Sequence record: LR756501.1
Strand: one strand, 5' to 3'
DNA length: 64,000 nucleotides
Made by a program: the position numbers and the translations under genes. The notes below the pieces were generated by a model. That model was not told the DNA's origin. It saw only the letters and a program-made list of their open reading frames with translations, and searched no databases. This document shows, one piece after another, positions 45,363 to 54,314 of the stretch. Each line of letters starts with the position of its first letter. Position 1 is the first letter of the stretch.

Positions 45363-45856
45363 AAAATTTAAATATAATAGTGTCCATAGCCAAAAATAGT
45401 TGTATTGGTGGTAACAATACTCTTCTATGGAAACAATCAAACGACCTTAAAAGATTTAAAGAATTAACAACCAATAAAGTTGTTATAATGGGACAAAATA
45501 CCTACGATTCTTTACCTATTAAACCACTACCAAATAGAACCAATATAGTGATCACAGATGATACAGAACAAGTGTTCGAAAATTGTATTACAGCACATTC
45601 AATCGAAGACGCTATTCAGAAATCAATATATCATACTGACGGTGAAGTATTTGTAATAGGTGGTGGATCAATTTATAAACAATTCATGCCTTACGCTAAT
45701 AAACTTTATATTACTAGGATAGATGCTGATATAGAGGGAGATACTTACTTCACAGATATAGATGAGGACGAGTGGACTATAATGTTCAAGGAGCGACACG
45801 AAAAGGACGAAAAGAATCAATATAATTACACTTACGAGATTTACGAAAGAGCATAG
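45359..45856 (+). CDS. folA: Dihydrofolate reductase
   Basis: IGGNNTLLW, DLKRFKELT, VIMGQNT, KPLPNRTNIV, VIGGGSIY, GDTYF. Confidence 0.96.
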   Translation: MKNLNIIVSIAKNSCIGGNNTLLWKQSNDLKRFKELTTNKVVIMGQNTYDSLPIKPLPNRTNIVITDDTEQVFENCITAHSIEDAIQKSIYHTDGEVFVIGGGSIYKQFMPYANKLYITRIDADIEGDTYFTDIDEDEWTIMFKERHEKDEKNQYNYTYEIYERA

Positions 45857-46630
45857 TTAGTATATTTCTTTGTACATTAAAGATGAATCTTCTATGAAAT
45901 TTATAATCTCTTCCATCACTGATCCTCTATTATTTTGATATTTATCATCGCTTATTCTTAGTAATTTAATATTGTTTATATTACAATATTCTTTTAACAA
46001 TCTATCTTTTTCAATTACTTTTTCAAAAGATTTATCTTTTGTTATTATCTTTTTATATAATTTATCATTGAAATGCCATTCACCATCATATTCGATGATT
46101 GTGTTATATTTTTTAATTGTTATATCTACAGCCTTTAATTTATCATCAGATAGTTTAACAATTCTATGTGCGCTTACATTTTCATCACCATAGATTTTTT
46201 TCAAAGTGTTTCTTATTTCTCTTTCGCCTTTACTGGAAAATCTATCGTTTTTCATTCCATTTTTTATGCAGGAGCGAGCGTAAGATTCGTCTTTCCATTT
46301 CTCTTTATTACCATTACTTATTTTAATTAGAGTTTCAATACTATGTTGCCTAGAATTGGCACACCCCCTAGAACAATAATATTTTTCTTTCTCTGGAAAT
46401 CTTTTACTTCTTTCTTTGATTTGAAAGATTTTTCCACAATTTGCACATTTTACATCAAACTCCTGGAAATCGCCAAATTTTTTAATATAAACATTTTTAG
46501 TTGATTGACTCATTGTGTCTTTAAAATCTATATAATATTGATCGTCTTTATGCTTCCATCTCATGTGATTAGCATATAAACCATGATTATCAAATTCTAA
46601 ACCACATATTTTACATTTCAATTCATCCAT
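45857..46630 (-). mobile_element. Free-standing homing-endonuclease-like gene (C2H2 finger, Zn ribbon, Vsr/DUF559-like nuclease)
   Basis: CKICG...H...H, CANC...CSRGC, VDITI...IIEYDGEWH...KDRL...LLRI. Confidence 0.8.
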
Positions 46631-46649
46631 ACCATTATATATAAAAACA

Positions 46650-46714
46650 AAAGGGGGAGAAAATCTTTCGATCTCTCCCCCTTTAAATTAAAACCTCACC
46701 CACTTGGGATGAGG
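46650..46714 (-). terminator. Two tandem hairpins downstream of the tmRNA
   Basis: CCTCATCCCA-AG-TGGGTGAGG-TTT and AAAGGGGGAGA...TCTCCCCCTTT on the minus strand. Confidence 0.7.
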
Positions 46715-46722
46715 AAATTAAG

Positions 46723-47337
46723 TGGACCCGCAGGGATTCGTGAAATACTATTAATTTCTTAATAGACTAGACTATATCATCAACCATTACTGGTTGTTGG
46801 GAGCTTATGTGGTTATTAAGAAGACTATACTTCTCCACTAGTCGTTGAACCTTCATAAAGTGTACTCTATGCTTGGCTGCTGATTGCCATATATCTTACG
46901 ATACTTAGGGTTCCAGCAATTCACCCAATTTTCACATCTATGTTACCATAGAAGTGGTCCGATTTATCAAACCCTGTTCCAACAAAACTTTTAAGAAATG
47001 TACTACAAGTTTATTTGATTTTTCTGAATCAACAAAATATTAAGTTTGATAGATCTAACTTAAAAACCCCGAATCCGTTATGTTTAAGAACTCCCAACGG
47101 AATTTATCAAATGGAGTTTAACTGAATTTTGCTTCGGCTTACGCTAAAACAAGATCTTCGACAAAAGATTCAGTTGCAACTTTGCCTGTCAAAGAAGTTG
47201 GGATACTCATCATATCCTCAGCGTTCATTTTATAGTCGCCATTTATTGTTTACCTACATATTTATTAATCGTATTATAGACATTACGATACTTGCAATTT
47301 CGCTATTACACATTGCTGTCTAAAGCCTGTCGAGCCC
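46723..47337 (-). ncRNA. ssrA: tmRNA (one-piece) interrupted by a group I intron
   Basis: 5' GGGCTCGACAGG; 3' CGGGTCC-A giving G3:U70 and A73 Ala identity; T stem CAGGG/CCCTG; ATAAAT resume context and tag frame 47139..47240 ending VLA*. Confidence 0.92.
46741..46969 (-). mobile_element. Group I intron (229 nt, no ORF) in the tmRNA T-loop
   Basis: P AATTGCTGGAA, Q AATCAGCAGCC, R GTTCAACGACTAG, S ATGATATAGTCT, P9 CTATTAA-GAAA-TTAATAG; P1 GGUU/GACC with U.G at the 5' splice site. Confidence 0.9.
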
Positions 47338-47444
47338 ATATCTTCAAAGAACGTTTTATTGTGAAATTTATATATTGTTTATTTATACCCTGTTTTTTCC
47401 ATTTTGTTTTACAAAGATATAAATAATTTTTCAATTAAAAAAAT

Positions 47445-47663
47445 TTATTCGTTATCAATTTCCTCTACTTCACCGTAAGCTTCATTTACATATTCCATTG
47501 CTTCATCAAATGATTTGAATTCATCGACGTAGTCCCAATCAGTAACGTAGGCTTCTCCACCTTCAAATGGATCGTGCCACACAGTATATGCTTTCTTACC
47601 GTTCTCTTGTATTGATACCCCTTGTTCGGAGTTATTTACCAGTTTATAAATCCAAATCTTCAT
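47445..47663 (-). CDS. Small acidic hypothetical protein
   Basis: ATGA overlap with the YqeY-like gene. Confidence 0.65.
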   Translation of the reverse strand: MKIWIYKLVNNSEQGVSIQENGKKAYTVWHDPFEGGEAYVTDWDYVDEFKSFDEAMEYVNEAYGEVEEIDNE

Positions 47664-48106
47664 GATAACATATTTTTAACAAGTCCACCAACCATTTTCA
47701 TATCAGCCTTACCAAGTAATTCCTTATTAGCAATAGCCATCACTTTACCCATATCACGCACTGATGTAGCACCAACTTGAGCGATGAAATCTTTTACTCT
47801 GAAAGTAACTTCATCTTCTGAAAGTTGTTCGGGTAAATAAGTTTTGTAAACAGTAGCGTTGAACATTTCTTTATCAACCAAGTCAATTCTTCCACCCTGC
47901 GCGTACTGCACAGCGGATTCAGTGCTTTGACTAACTAATTTCTGAATAATTTTAGTAACTTCAGCGTCAGTAAGTTCGTCCTTACCTTCTTTAGCCTTTT
48001 CTACTTGAATAGCAGATTTAATAAGACGAATAGCGTCAAGGGTTTCCTGACGTTTTTCAAGCATTGTTCTCTTGATTTCTAAATCAATAATTTGTTCCAG
48101 TTTCAT
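47660..48106 (-). CDS. GatB/YqeY domain protein
   Basis: IRLIKSAI, QYAQGGRIDL, YLPEQLSEDE, DMGKVM, GKADMK. Confidence 0.92.
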   Translation of the reverse strand: MKLEQIIDLEIKRTMLEKRQETLDAIRLIKSAIQVEKAKEGKDELTDAEVTKIIQKLVSQSTESAVQYAQGGRIDLVDKEMFNATVYKTYLPEQLSEDEVTFRVKDFIAQVGATSVRDMGKVMAIANKELLGKADMKMVGGLVKNMLS

Positions 48107-48161
48107 TTACGTGTGTATTAAAGTACATTACAAATATACGAACATTTAATGAATAAAAAAA

Positions 48162-48494
48162 TTAAAAATTAATTTTAAGTTTAAAATTTTGGAGATTCTC
48201 TCCTGTGAAAGTAACTTCATCAACAGTTTGAAGAGGATCTAAAAATACCTGAAAATTTAACAAGTTTCCAACTTTAGTCACCTCTTTTATTTCGTCCAAT
48301 ATACCAACACCAGCAGAATATACAAAATTAATCTCTGTTATATAATCTAATACTTTTAGATTCATTATAAGTGATTTATAATCAATTGGTTCGTCTATGA
48401 ATAAAAAATCATCTCTAATTTCGTATATTTTAGTAACAATATGATAACCTATCATATCTTCTTTAATATCTTTAAGATCAAGTATTTCTTCCAT
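48162..48494 (-). CDS. Hypothetical protein
   Basis: Clean ORF. Confidence 0.6.
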   Translation of the reverse strand: MEEILDLKDIKEDMIGYHIVTKIYEIRDDFLFIDEPIDYKSLIMNLKVLDYITEINFVYSAGVGILDEIKEVTKVGNLLNFQVFLDPLQTVDEVTFTGENLQNFKLKINF

Positions 48495-48496
48495 AT

Positions 48497-48850
48497 TTAA
48501 AATTTAATTTCCATCAAATGAGGTATGAGCTCTTTTTGTACGTCTTCTGTTGTTAACGTTGGGTGTTTCTCTTTTATATTATCAAAGAGTTTATCAGCGT
48601 CTTTTTCAAGTTGTTTAATTTTAACGTTGTATGGTTCTAATATTTTCTCTATGGCTTTGATATTTTTCTCTACTTGAACAAGTTTTTCGTGAATTGTTTG
48701 ATCGTCCATTTTATCACTTAGTTCGTCGTGAATTTTATTAAGATCTTCTTTATAGATTATAATTCTTTCTTCACACTTAACTATTTCCTTAGCGTTCTTT
48801 ATGAACTCACGTCTTATTTGTTTAGCTTGTTCTATAAATATTTTATCCAT
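48497..48850 (-). CDS. Hypothetical coiled-coil protein
   Basis: Heptad-like helix. Confidence 0.65.
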   Translation of the reverse strand: MDKIFIEQAKQIRREFIKNAKEIVKCEERIIIYKEDLNKIHDELSDKMDDQTIHEKLVQVEKNIKAIEKILEPYNVKIKQLEKDADKLFDNIKEKHPTLTTEDVQKELIPHLMEIKF

Positions 48851-48869
48851 ATAGATTTATATATTATTT

Positions 48870-49820
48870 TTACTCAACTCCAGGACCAAGTCTTTCTCTA
48901 TCTTGTTTTGGAACTGGTGGAATTGTAATCTTTTTCTTTGGTGCTGGTGAAGGTTTTTTAGTAGCTTTTGTGGTTCTTGGTTTCTTCTCTTTCTTTTCTC
49001 CATCCATAAATACTATTTCTCTTAACTTATCATAAATCTTATTTTCCAAGAAACCAGGATCGTTGTAGATTCTATTCATAAACTCTTTTGTATAGAATTT
49101 AATAATATCACCCTTATAATTTACAGCCATCATCTTAATAAAACCAGGTTCTGCAATCTTTTCATCGAAATCAACAGATAATTTAATAGGATATATCTTA
49201 TTGAAAGATTTAAAAAACTTAAAAGATTCTTCCTCTGGTGATACATAAGAAGGAATCATATCACCTTGTGGTTGTTGATATTGTGGTTCTTGATATTGTG
49301 GCTCTTGATACGGTTGCTGAGGCTGTTGATATTGTGGTTCTTGATATTGTTGCTGAGGTGGTTGTGGACGAGGCCTTGTAGGAGGTGGAGCTTGTTGAGT
49401 TCTTCTTTCGAAATCATTTGCAGCGTCATCGTCATTTTCATATACTTTATACTGCGATAAATCTTTATGAGATTGTTCTTGTTCGAATCTACGTAATAAC
49501 ATTTCTCTGTATTCTGGTGGTGCAGCAACTTGTTCACTTATAGCTTCTTGTCTATATTTAACAGTTGGTGGTATTTGTCCACCAATATCTGGAACATTTC
49601 TTGTGTCTAATGACTTCATTTGTTCTGTTAAACTTTGTAAACCAGCCGCTGATTGTTGTTGAAAGAAATTGGTTGCGTCAACCATTTCTGAATATTTTTG
49701 AAAGAAAATATCTTTTTTAATGTTTGCACCGTTACTTAAATTATAGAAAACACCATTGTCTGCCATTACTGTAACAATTTCTTGTGTTTCATTACTTTGA
49801 AATCTTTTGTTCTGTAACAT
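48870..49820 (-). CDS. Hypothetical protein with Gln/Pro-rich repeat linker
   Basis: PQQQYQEPQYQQPQQPYQEPQYQEPQYQQPQ. Confidence 0.75.
   Translation of the reverse strand: MLQNKRFQSNETQEIVTVMADNGVFYNLSNGANIKKDIFFQKYSEMVDATNFFQQQSAAGLQSLTEQMKSLDTRNVPDIGGQIPPTVKYRQEAISEQVAAPPEYREMLLRRFEQEQSHKDLSQYKVYENDDDAANDFERRTQQAPPPTRPRPQPPQQQYQEPQYQQPQQPYQEPQYQEPQYQQPQGDMIPSYVSPEEESFKFFKSFNKIYPIKLSVDFDEKIAEPGFIKMMAVNYKGDIIKFYTKEFMNRIYNDPGFLENKIYDKLREIVFMDGEKKEKKPRTTKATKKPSPAPKKKITIPPVPKQDRERLGPGVE
49267..49365. repeat. Coding tandem repeat, about 15-nt unit (YQEPQ)
   Basis: Repeated TTGATATTGTGG(T/C)TC units. Confidence 0.8.
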
Positions 49821-49938
49821 AGTTATACGTTTATTTTCTTGTATTTATATATAAATCAAGCTAAAGTTTAAATTAATTTATTTTCAGATATTATTTTCTT
49901 AACAAAATTTTTTGTATATTTGTAAAAATTAATGCAAA

Positions 49939-50424
49939 ATGCAATATTTTAAACAAGAAAAAGACTATACTTGTGGTTGTGCCTGCTTCAGAATGGTACT
50001 ATCCGCCCAAGGTTTGTCCGATGTTGACGAGCAAACTCTTGAGGACACTATGGGTACAACCTGGGACTCGGGCACGTCTTACGATAAAATGGTCGCTGCT
50101 GGAGATAAATTTGGTTTAACTACACTTCACGGACAACGAGTTACATTAGATTTTGTTGATCAATTAGCAAAAGGTGGTTGGACAGTTGTACTGGCTTATA
50201 GTCTTGATGTTCCTCATTACTCACTTTTTACTAAACTTGATAGTGGACAAGTGTTCCTTTGTGATCCTCATTTGGGTGAAAAAGTTACATTCCCAACGCA
50301 TAAATTCGAAAGGGCTTTATGGTCAATCGAATTATCAAAGTATAAAAGTGCTATAGCAGATCTTGATTTAAAATTTGACTCAAGTGACGAATCCAAATGT
50401 TGGTACGTTGCTTATAAAAAATAA
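49939..50424 (+). CDS. Papain-like C39 family cysteine peptidase
   Basis: KQEKDYTCGCACFRMVL (Q...C), PHYSL (H), FLCDP (D). Confidence 0.82.
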   Translation: MQYFKQEKDYTCGCACFRMVLSAQGLSDVDEQTLEDTMGTTWDSGTSYDKMVAAGDKFGLTTLHGQRVTLDFVDQLAKGGWTVVLAYSLDVPHYSLFTKLDSGQVFLCDPHLGEKVTFPTHKFERALWSIELSKYKSAIADLDLKFDSSDESKCWYVAYKK

Positions 50425-50428
50425 TAAA

Positions 50429-50641
50429 ATGAAAACATATTGCATTCATACAGACTACGAATACATCGGGGAAATAACAGGTGAACTAAAGGGAAATGGT
50501 AAATTTCCTGATCAATGGGGCATCTTTTGGTACGGTGGAAGACAGTTAGATAAATTACCTTATCACTATTGGAACGATAAAGATAAGATAGTCATTATCA
50601 CAGAAGAAGATAGAAACGATTTTATGGAAAATAAAATTTAA
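50429..50641 (+). CDS. Small hypothetical protein
   Basis: Start reassigned to MKTYCIH. Confidence 0.6.
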   Translation: MKTYCIHTDYEYIGEITGELKGNGKFPDQWGIFWYGGRQLDKLPYHYWNDKDKIVIITEEDRNDFMENKI

Positions 50642-50672
50642 TATATACAATAACAATTAAAAAGATAAAATT

Positions 50673-51008
50673 ATGGCAAAATTTGTAGCATACATTAAGC
50701 AGGCAGGTGATGGTTGTGATTACACAATCGCTTGTGGTTATAAACTAGTTCATTTGAAATCTGATAATTACGACGACGCAATGTTGGAAATCAGAAAACT
50801 CTTAGGTGAAGACGGTCAAGAAGACGCTTACACTGGTGATATTGCTTTAGAGAGTGTTCGTCTTATTGAAGTGGCAAACTCTTGGAAAGTAGATGTAGCT
50901 AAAATCTACGGGGAAATCGCCGCTGTTGAAAAGACTAGGAAAGATGAAGCCAAACGTCTCAGAGATTATAATGAATACCAGAGACTTAAAAATCAATTTG
51001 AGAAATAA
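50673..51008 (+). CDS. Hypothetical protein
   Basis: GDGCDYTIACG motif; TAATATATA at 50639-47. Confidence 0.7.
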   Translation: MAKFVAYIKQAGDGCDYTIACGYKLVHLKSDNYDDAMLEIRKLLGEDGQEDAYTGDIALESVRLIEVANSWKVDVAKIYGEIAAVEKTRKDEAKRLRDYNEYQRLKNQFEK

Positions 51009-51026
51009 AAAATAAGTAAATATGAA

Positions 51027-51572
51027 GTGAAAAGATACAAAGAACTAAAGTTCGAAGACAAAACATATACTGAAGCTTATAAGATTGATGAAATCCTCGT
51101 CAAGAATAAGTTTGAATGGTTCCTTGATTGTGAGGTAGAAAACGCCAGAATAGAAATTCTTAAAAACACTTTAGTGTTCAACTCAGGTGTATTCTTCAAT
51201 GGTACATGGGTTTACGGTGTTTTCAGAGACGGTCAGTGGAAATATGGAACATGGGAAGGTGGTGTTTGGTATAATGGAACTTGGTACAACGGTATCTTTA
51301 AAAACGGTATCATCTTCGGTGGTAGATTTATTGCAGGTAAAATAGAAGGCGGTGAAATTAGAGGCGGTGAAATATTTGACGTTCAAATTAGTCAAGACGT
51401 CGTAAACAATACCATATCTAAAATGGAACAACCAAAGAAAGCACAAAAAGGAGAACCCCAAAATAGGGGAGTACAACAAAAAGAACCTCAAGCAGAATTA
51501 CCACAGGTAATACAACCTGAAAAAATAGAAGAATCTCACAGAATTAAAAGATTTAACGAATATGCAGGATAA
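51027..51572 (+). CDS. Protein with Gx(W/F)xx pentapeptide repeats (beta-helix-like)
   Basis: SGVFFNGTWVYGVFRDGQWKYGTWEGGVWYNGTWYNGIFKNG. Confidence 0.75.
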   Translation: MKRYKELKFEDKTYTEAYKIDEILVKNKFEWFLDCEVENARIEILKNTLVFNSGVFFNGTWVYGVFRDGQWKYGTWEGGVWYNGTWYNGIFKNGIIFGGRFIAGKIEGGEIRGGEIFDVQISQDVVNNTISKMEQPKKAQKGEPQNRGVQQKEPQAELPQVIQPEKIEESHRIKRFNEYAG

Positions 51573-52170
51573 TATATTTGATAGAGCTTATAGATATGTA
51601 TTAGCAAACAATACAGGAGACTCTAACCCTTACCATAACAATAAACACTTACTTTTTGTTTTCGAACAATCTGTATTTGTTTTATTCGAAAAATATAGAA
51701 AACAATACGGTCTTAAATCAACTGATAAAATTGAACTAGGACTAGCAGCTATATTCCACGATTTTAACCACTCAGGAGGTAAATTAAAAGACTCAGAAAA
51801 TATTGAAATAGCAATATCTGGTCTAAACGATTTCTTAGACGAAAATCCTGATATTGATGTAAATAGAGAAAATATAGCCAATATAATTAGAGCCACAGAG
51901 TACCCCCATAAAGATATGGAACTCAACGAATTACAAAAGATTATCATGGATGCTGATATGATTGGTGGTATATCTGATAATTGGTTTGATATTATAAATA
52001 GGATGGCTAGTGAGTTTGGTAAAACTCTTATAGATTTTATTCCAATACAGATAGGGTTTTTGGACGCTGTTAAGTATAACACACCTTATTGTAATATCCT
52101 TCTAAATGAAAGGAAAGAAAAGATTAAAAAAGATCTCTTGAAGATACAGACAGACTTGATGTTCCAATAA
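51562..52170 (+). CDS. HD-domain phosphohydrolase, class I PDE-like
   Basis: NPYHNNKH, LAAIFHDFNHSG, ATEYPH, IMDAD. Confidence 0.85.
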   Translation: MQDNIFDRAYRYVLANNTGDSNPYHNNKHLLFVFEQSVFVLFEKYRKQYGLKSTDKIELGLAAIFHDFNHSGGKLKDSENIEIAISGLNDFLDENPDIDVNRENIANIIRATEYPHKDMELNELQKIIMDADMIGGISDNWFDIINRMASEFGKTLIDFIPIQIGFLDAVKYNTPYCNILLNERKEKIKKDLLKIQTDLMFQ

Positions 52171-52232
52171 AAATTTAATTTTTTATCAGGAAAAATTGTT
52201 GTATCTTTGTACTAATCTAAAAACTAAAATAT

Positions 52233-52709
52233 ATGCCAAATAATATTTCAACGACCTTGAATGAGTTCGTAAATGAGAATATTAACAAGACTAAAAGAGT
52301 GAATAAAACAGACGTTAAATTAGCAGTGTTAGAGTGCTTATCTAAATCAGATAAGAAACTAAACATGAGCGAAATATCAAAACTTACAGGTTTCAAAACA
52401 GATAATATCTACGTTGCTATTACTGAAATAAAAGAAGCCAAATCCAAAAAAATTAACGATATATCTTATTGGTACATCAATGAGAACCAGGTAGATCCAG
52501 CTAAAAAAGTTGTTGTTGGGGCTAAGACTGTTGATCCTATTTTCATGCAAATATATGAGGATGATAAGAATAATCCGTCTGGTAGAAAGATATTTTTATC
52601 AATGGAAGAGCACAAGGCTTATGTTCAGAAACAAAACGGCATTACTGTTAAACCAAGAGAAAAGAAAACTGCCACCAAAGGTGTGAGCAGAACCAGAAGG
52701 AAAAAATAA
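52233..52709 (+). CDS. Putative winged-helix DNA-binding protein
   Basis: AVLECL...LNMSEISKLTGFKTDNIYVAITEI; basic tail; TATCTTTG at 52202-09. Confidence 0.55.
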   Translation: MPNNISTTLNEFVNENINKTKRVNKTDVKLAVLECLSKSDKKLNMSEISKLTGFKTDNIYVAITEIKEAKSKKINDISYWYINENQVDPAKKVVVGAKTVDPIFMQIYEDDKNNPSGRKIFLSMEEHKAYVQKQNGITVKPREKKTATKGVSRTRRKK

Positions 52710-52726
52710 TATATAAAGGAAAAAGA

Positions 52727-52924
52727 TTGTTGATGAAATACGATCTCTCACTTGAAAGAGTAAACGCATTAATAAACAATTTACAAGGATTATATAATAT
52801 TTTAGAAACCAGTAATCATTCTACTGAACATATTAAAACTTCCACAACGCTTCTAAAGAATTCTATATTGGAGTTAAAGAACCATAGAACAAAATTAAAG
52901 AAAATGAATGAAGACAAAATTTAA
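52727..52924 (+). CDS. Small helical protein
   Basis: Clean ORF. Confidence 0.55.
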   Translation: MLMKYDLSLERVNALINNLQGLYNILETSNHSTEHIKTSTTLLKNSILELKNHRTKLKKMNEDKI

Positions 52925-53615
52925 AGAATATTCTAATGAAGTGATGAAATCTACTGTTATAATTTCAGAAGTAGTTCAATTCGAATATTTCCATTTTCAT
53001 CATCTATTTAAAGGTAAACTTAAAGCCTTGTATGAAGGTTACGCCAAGTTAGTAGATGATATTAATGAAGAATATAAAGATGTTTTTTACGTTCCAGGTG
53101 AAACCGTTGCCTTCTCCACTCAATTCGCAATAAAGGGAAAAAATTTTAAATTAGCAAAAGAAATAGCCGATAAACTATATAGTTTCATTAAAGATAGAGC
53201 ACCAGAATTAACTTTTAAGATTGGTATTGGTTACGGTGATGTAACTGTGTTTGGTAAAACTTCTATACATCTTTCTAACGGACCTGTTTGGTGGAAGGTA
53301 GGAAGATCAGTAGATAGTAGAAAAACTGACGGTATAGAGATAATTGAAGGAGAATGGAACGCTGAGAATATGAAAGATCAAAAACTGAAAAAAAGACTTC
53401 TCTCAGTAGTTGACGAAAAAACTATGGAAGATACTATATCTATCATAGACAAATTTAATAATAACGAAAATAAAGACACTTACTTAAATTTAATGAAATT
53501 CGTTGACGATACTATAAAGAAAATCAAAAAAGAAAACGATAAAGATTATTACATGAGTCTTATATGGAGAGAAACTGGACTTGACCATAAGAACGAGTTC
53601 GAAAAATATGATTAA
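52908..53615 (+). CDS. SatD-like / class III nucleotide cyclase fold, divergent
   Basis: IISEVVQF, PGETVAF, FKIGIGYG, NGPVWWKVGRSVD align to the SatD pattern GDIV/GDE/RIGIG/GPA. Confidence 0.5.
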   Translation: MKTKFKEYSNEVMKSTVIISEVVQFEYFHFHHLFKGKLKALYEGYAKLVDDINEEYKDVFYVPGETVAFSTQFAIKGKNFKLAKEIADKLYSFIKDRAPELTFKIGIGYGDVTVFGKTSIHLSNGPVWWKVGRSVDSRKTDGIEIIEGEWNAENMKDQKLKKRLLSVVDEKTMEDTISIIDKFNNNENKDTYLNLMKFVDDTIKKIKKENDKDYYMSLIWRETGLDHKNEFEKYD

Positions 53616-54096
53616 ACCCCTCAAAAGACTTCACTATATTTTCCTTTTGTGTACCACCCATAGCACATTGATATGCGTATTTTGTTGGTGGCCATTCTAA
53701 TACAATACCCAACTGTTTCATTGTTTCTGTTATATTTACACCCATAGCCTCAGGTCCAGTAGTAACAACAAGATCAGGATGTTCCTCTTTAAACTCTTCT
53801 ATATTTTTCTTTAACTGTGCTCTTGCTGTTCCTTGCCAGTAAAGTACACATCTTAACTGGTAATCAGTCCAATCTGGATGATTGGATCTTGTTTTTTCTA
53901 TGTGCTTACCAATATCAAATCTATTCCATATCATATAGAGTGGTTTAGTAGTATCAAAGAAATCTTCTAACTTTGGAAGTTTTGGGGGACATTTATCCTT
54001 ACCCCAATTAGGACAACCTTTTGGATGATTATGATAAGGTTTTCTACATAAACCTCTAACCGCGTAATCTATAACTGGATCTACTCTAGCGTACAT
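53560..54096 (-). CDS. DUF2284-like predicted metal-binding protein
   Basis: GLC...GCPNWG...CPP, PEAMGVNITETM. Confidence 0.72.
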   Translation of the reverse strand: MYARVDPVIDYAVRGLCRKPYHNHPKGCPNWGKDKCPPKLPKLEDFFDTTKPLYMIWNRFDIGKHIEKTRSNHPDWTDYQLRCVLYWQGTARAQLKKNIEEFKEEHPDLVVTTGPEAMGVNITETMKQLGIVLEWPPTKYAYQCAMGGTQKENIVKSFEGFNHIFRTRSYGQVQFLSI

Positions 54097-54279
54097 TTAA
54101 AATGGTTGATTCTTCCAAATCTTGTAAGCTAAGAGACCAAGAAATGATACTCCAATTAATAAAGCAACAGCCCATTTTGGTAGAAAAACAACAATACATA
54201 TTAAAGCAATTACTATTAATAAGGTTGCTAAGAAGTTGTTTAGATGTTCTTTAAACCAAGTTTTAATTTTGTTCCACAT
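54097..54279 (-). CDS. Small two-helix membrane protein
   Basis: Two TM segments; TAATATATA on minus strand at 54301-09; holin-sized, function unsupported. Confidence 0.65.
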   Translation of the reverse strand: MWNKIKTWFKEHLNNFLATLLIVIALICIVVFLPKWAVALLIGVSFLGLLAYKIWKNQPF

Positions 54280-54314
54280 AACGTAAGATTTATTTTTAAC
54301 TATATATTAAAAAT

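Noticed and set aside
47129-47323. Track ORF of 64 aa on the plus strand
   Set aside because: It is antisense to the tmRNA and its tag frame.
51022-51030. ATG-AAG-TGA minigene overlapping the GTG start of 51027..51572
   Set aside because: No SD, no amber and no second copy; it could be chance in AT-rich DNA, or a one-base error at the true start.
54097-54279. Holin call for the small two-TM protein
   Set aside because: Size and topology fit, but it is not adjacent to the amidase and many similar small membrane proteins occur in the window.
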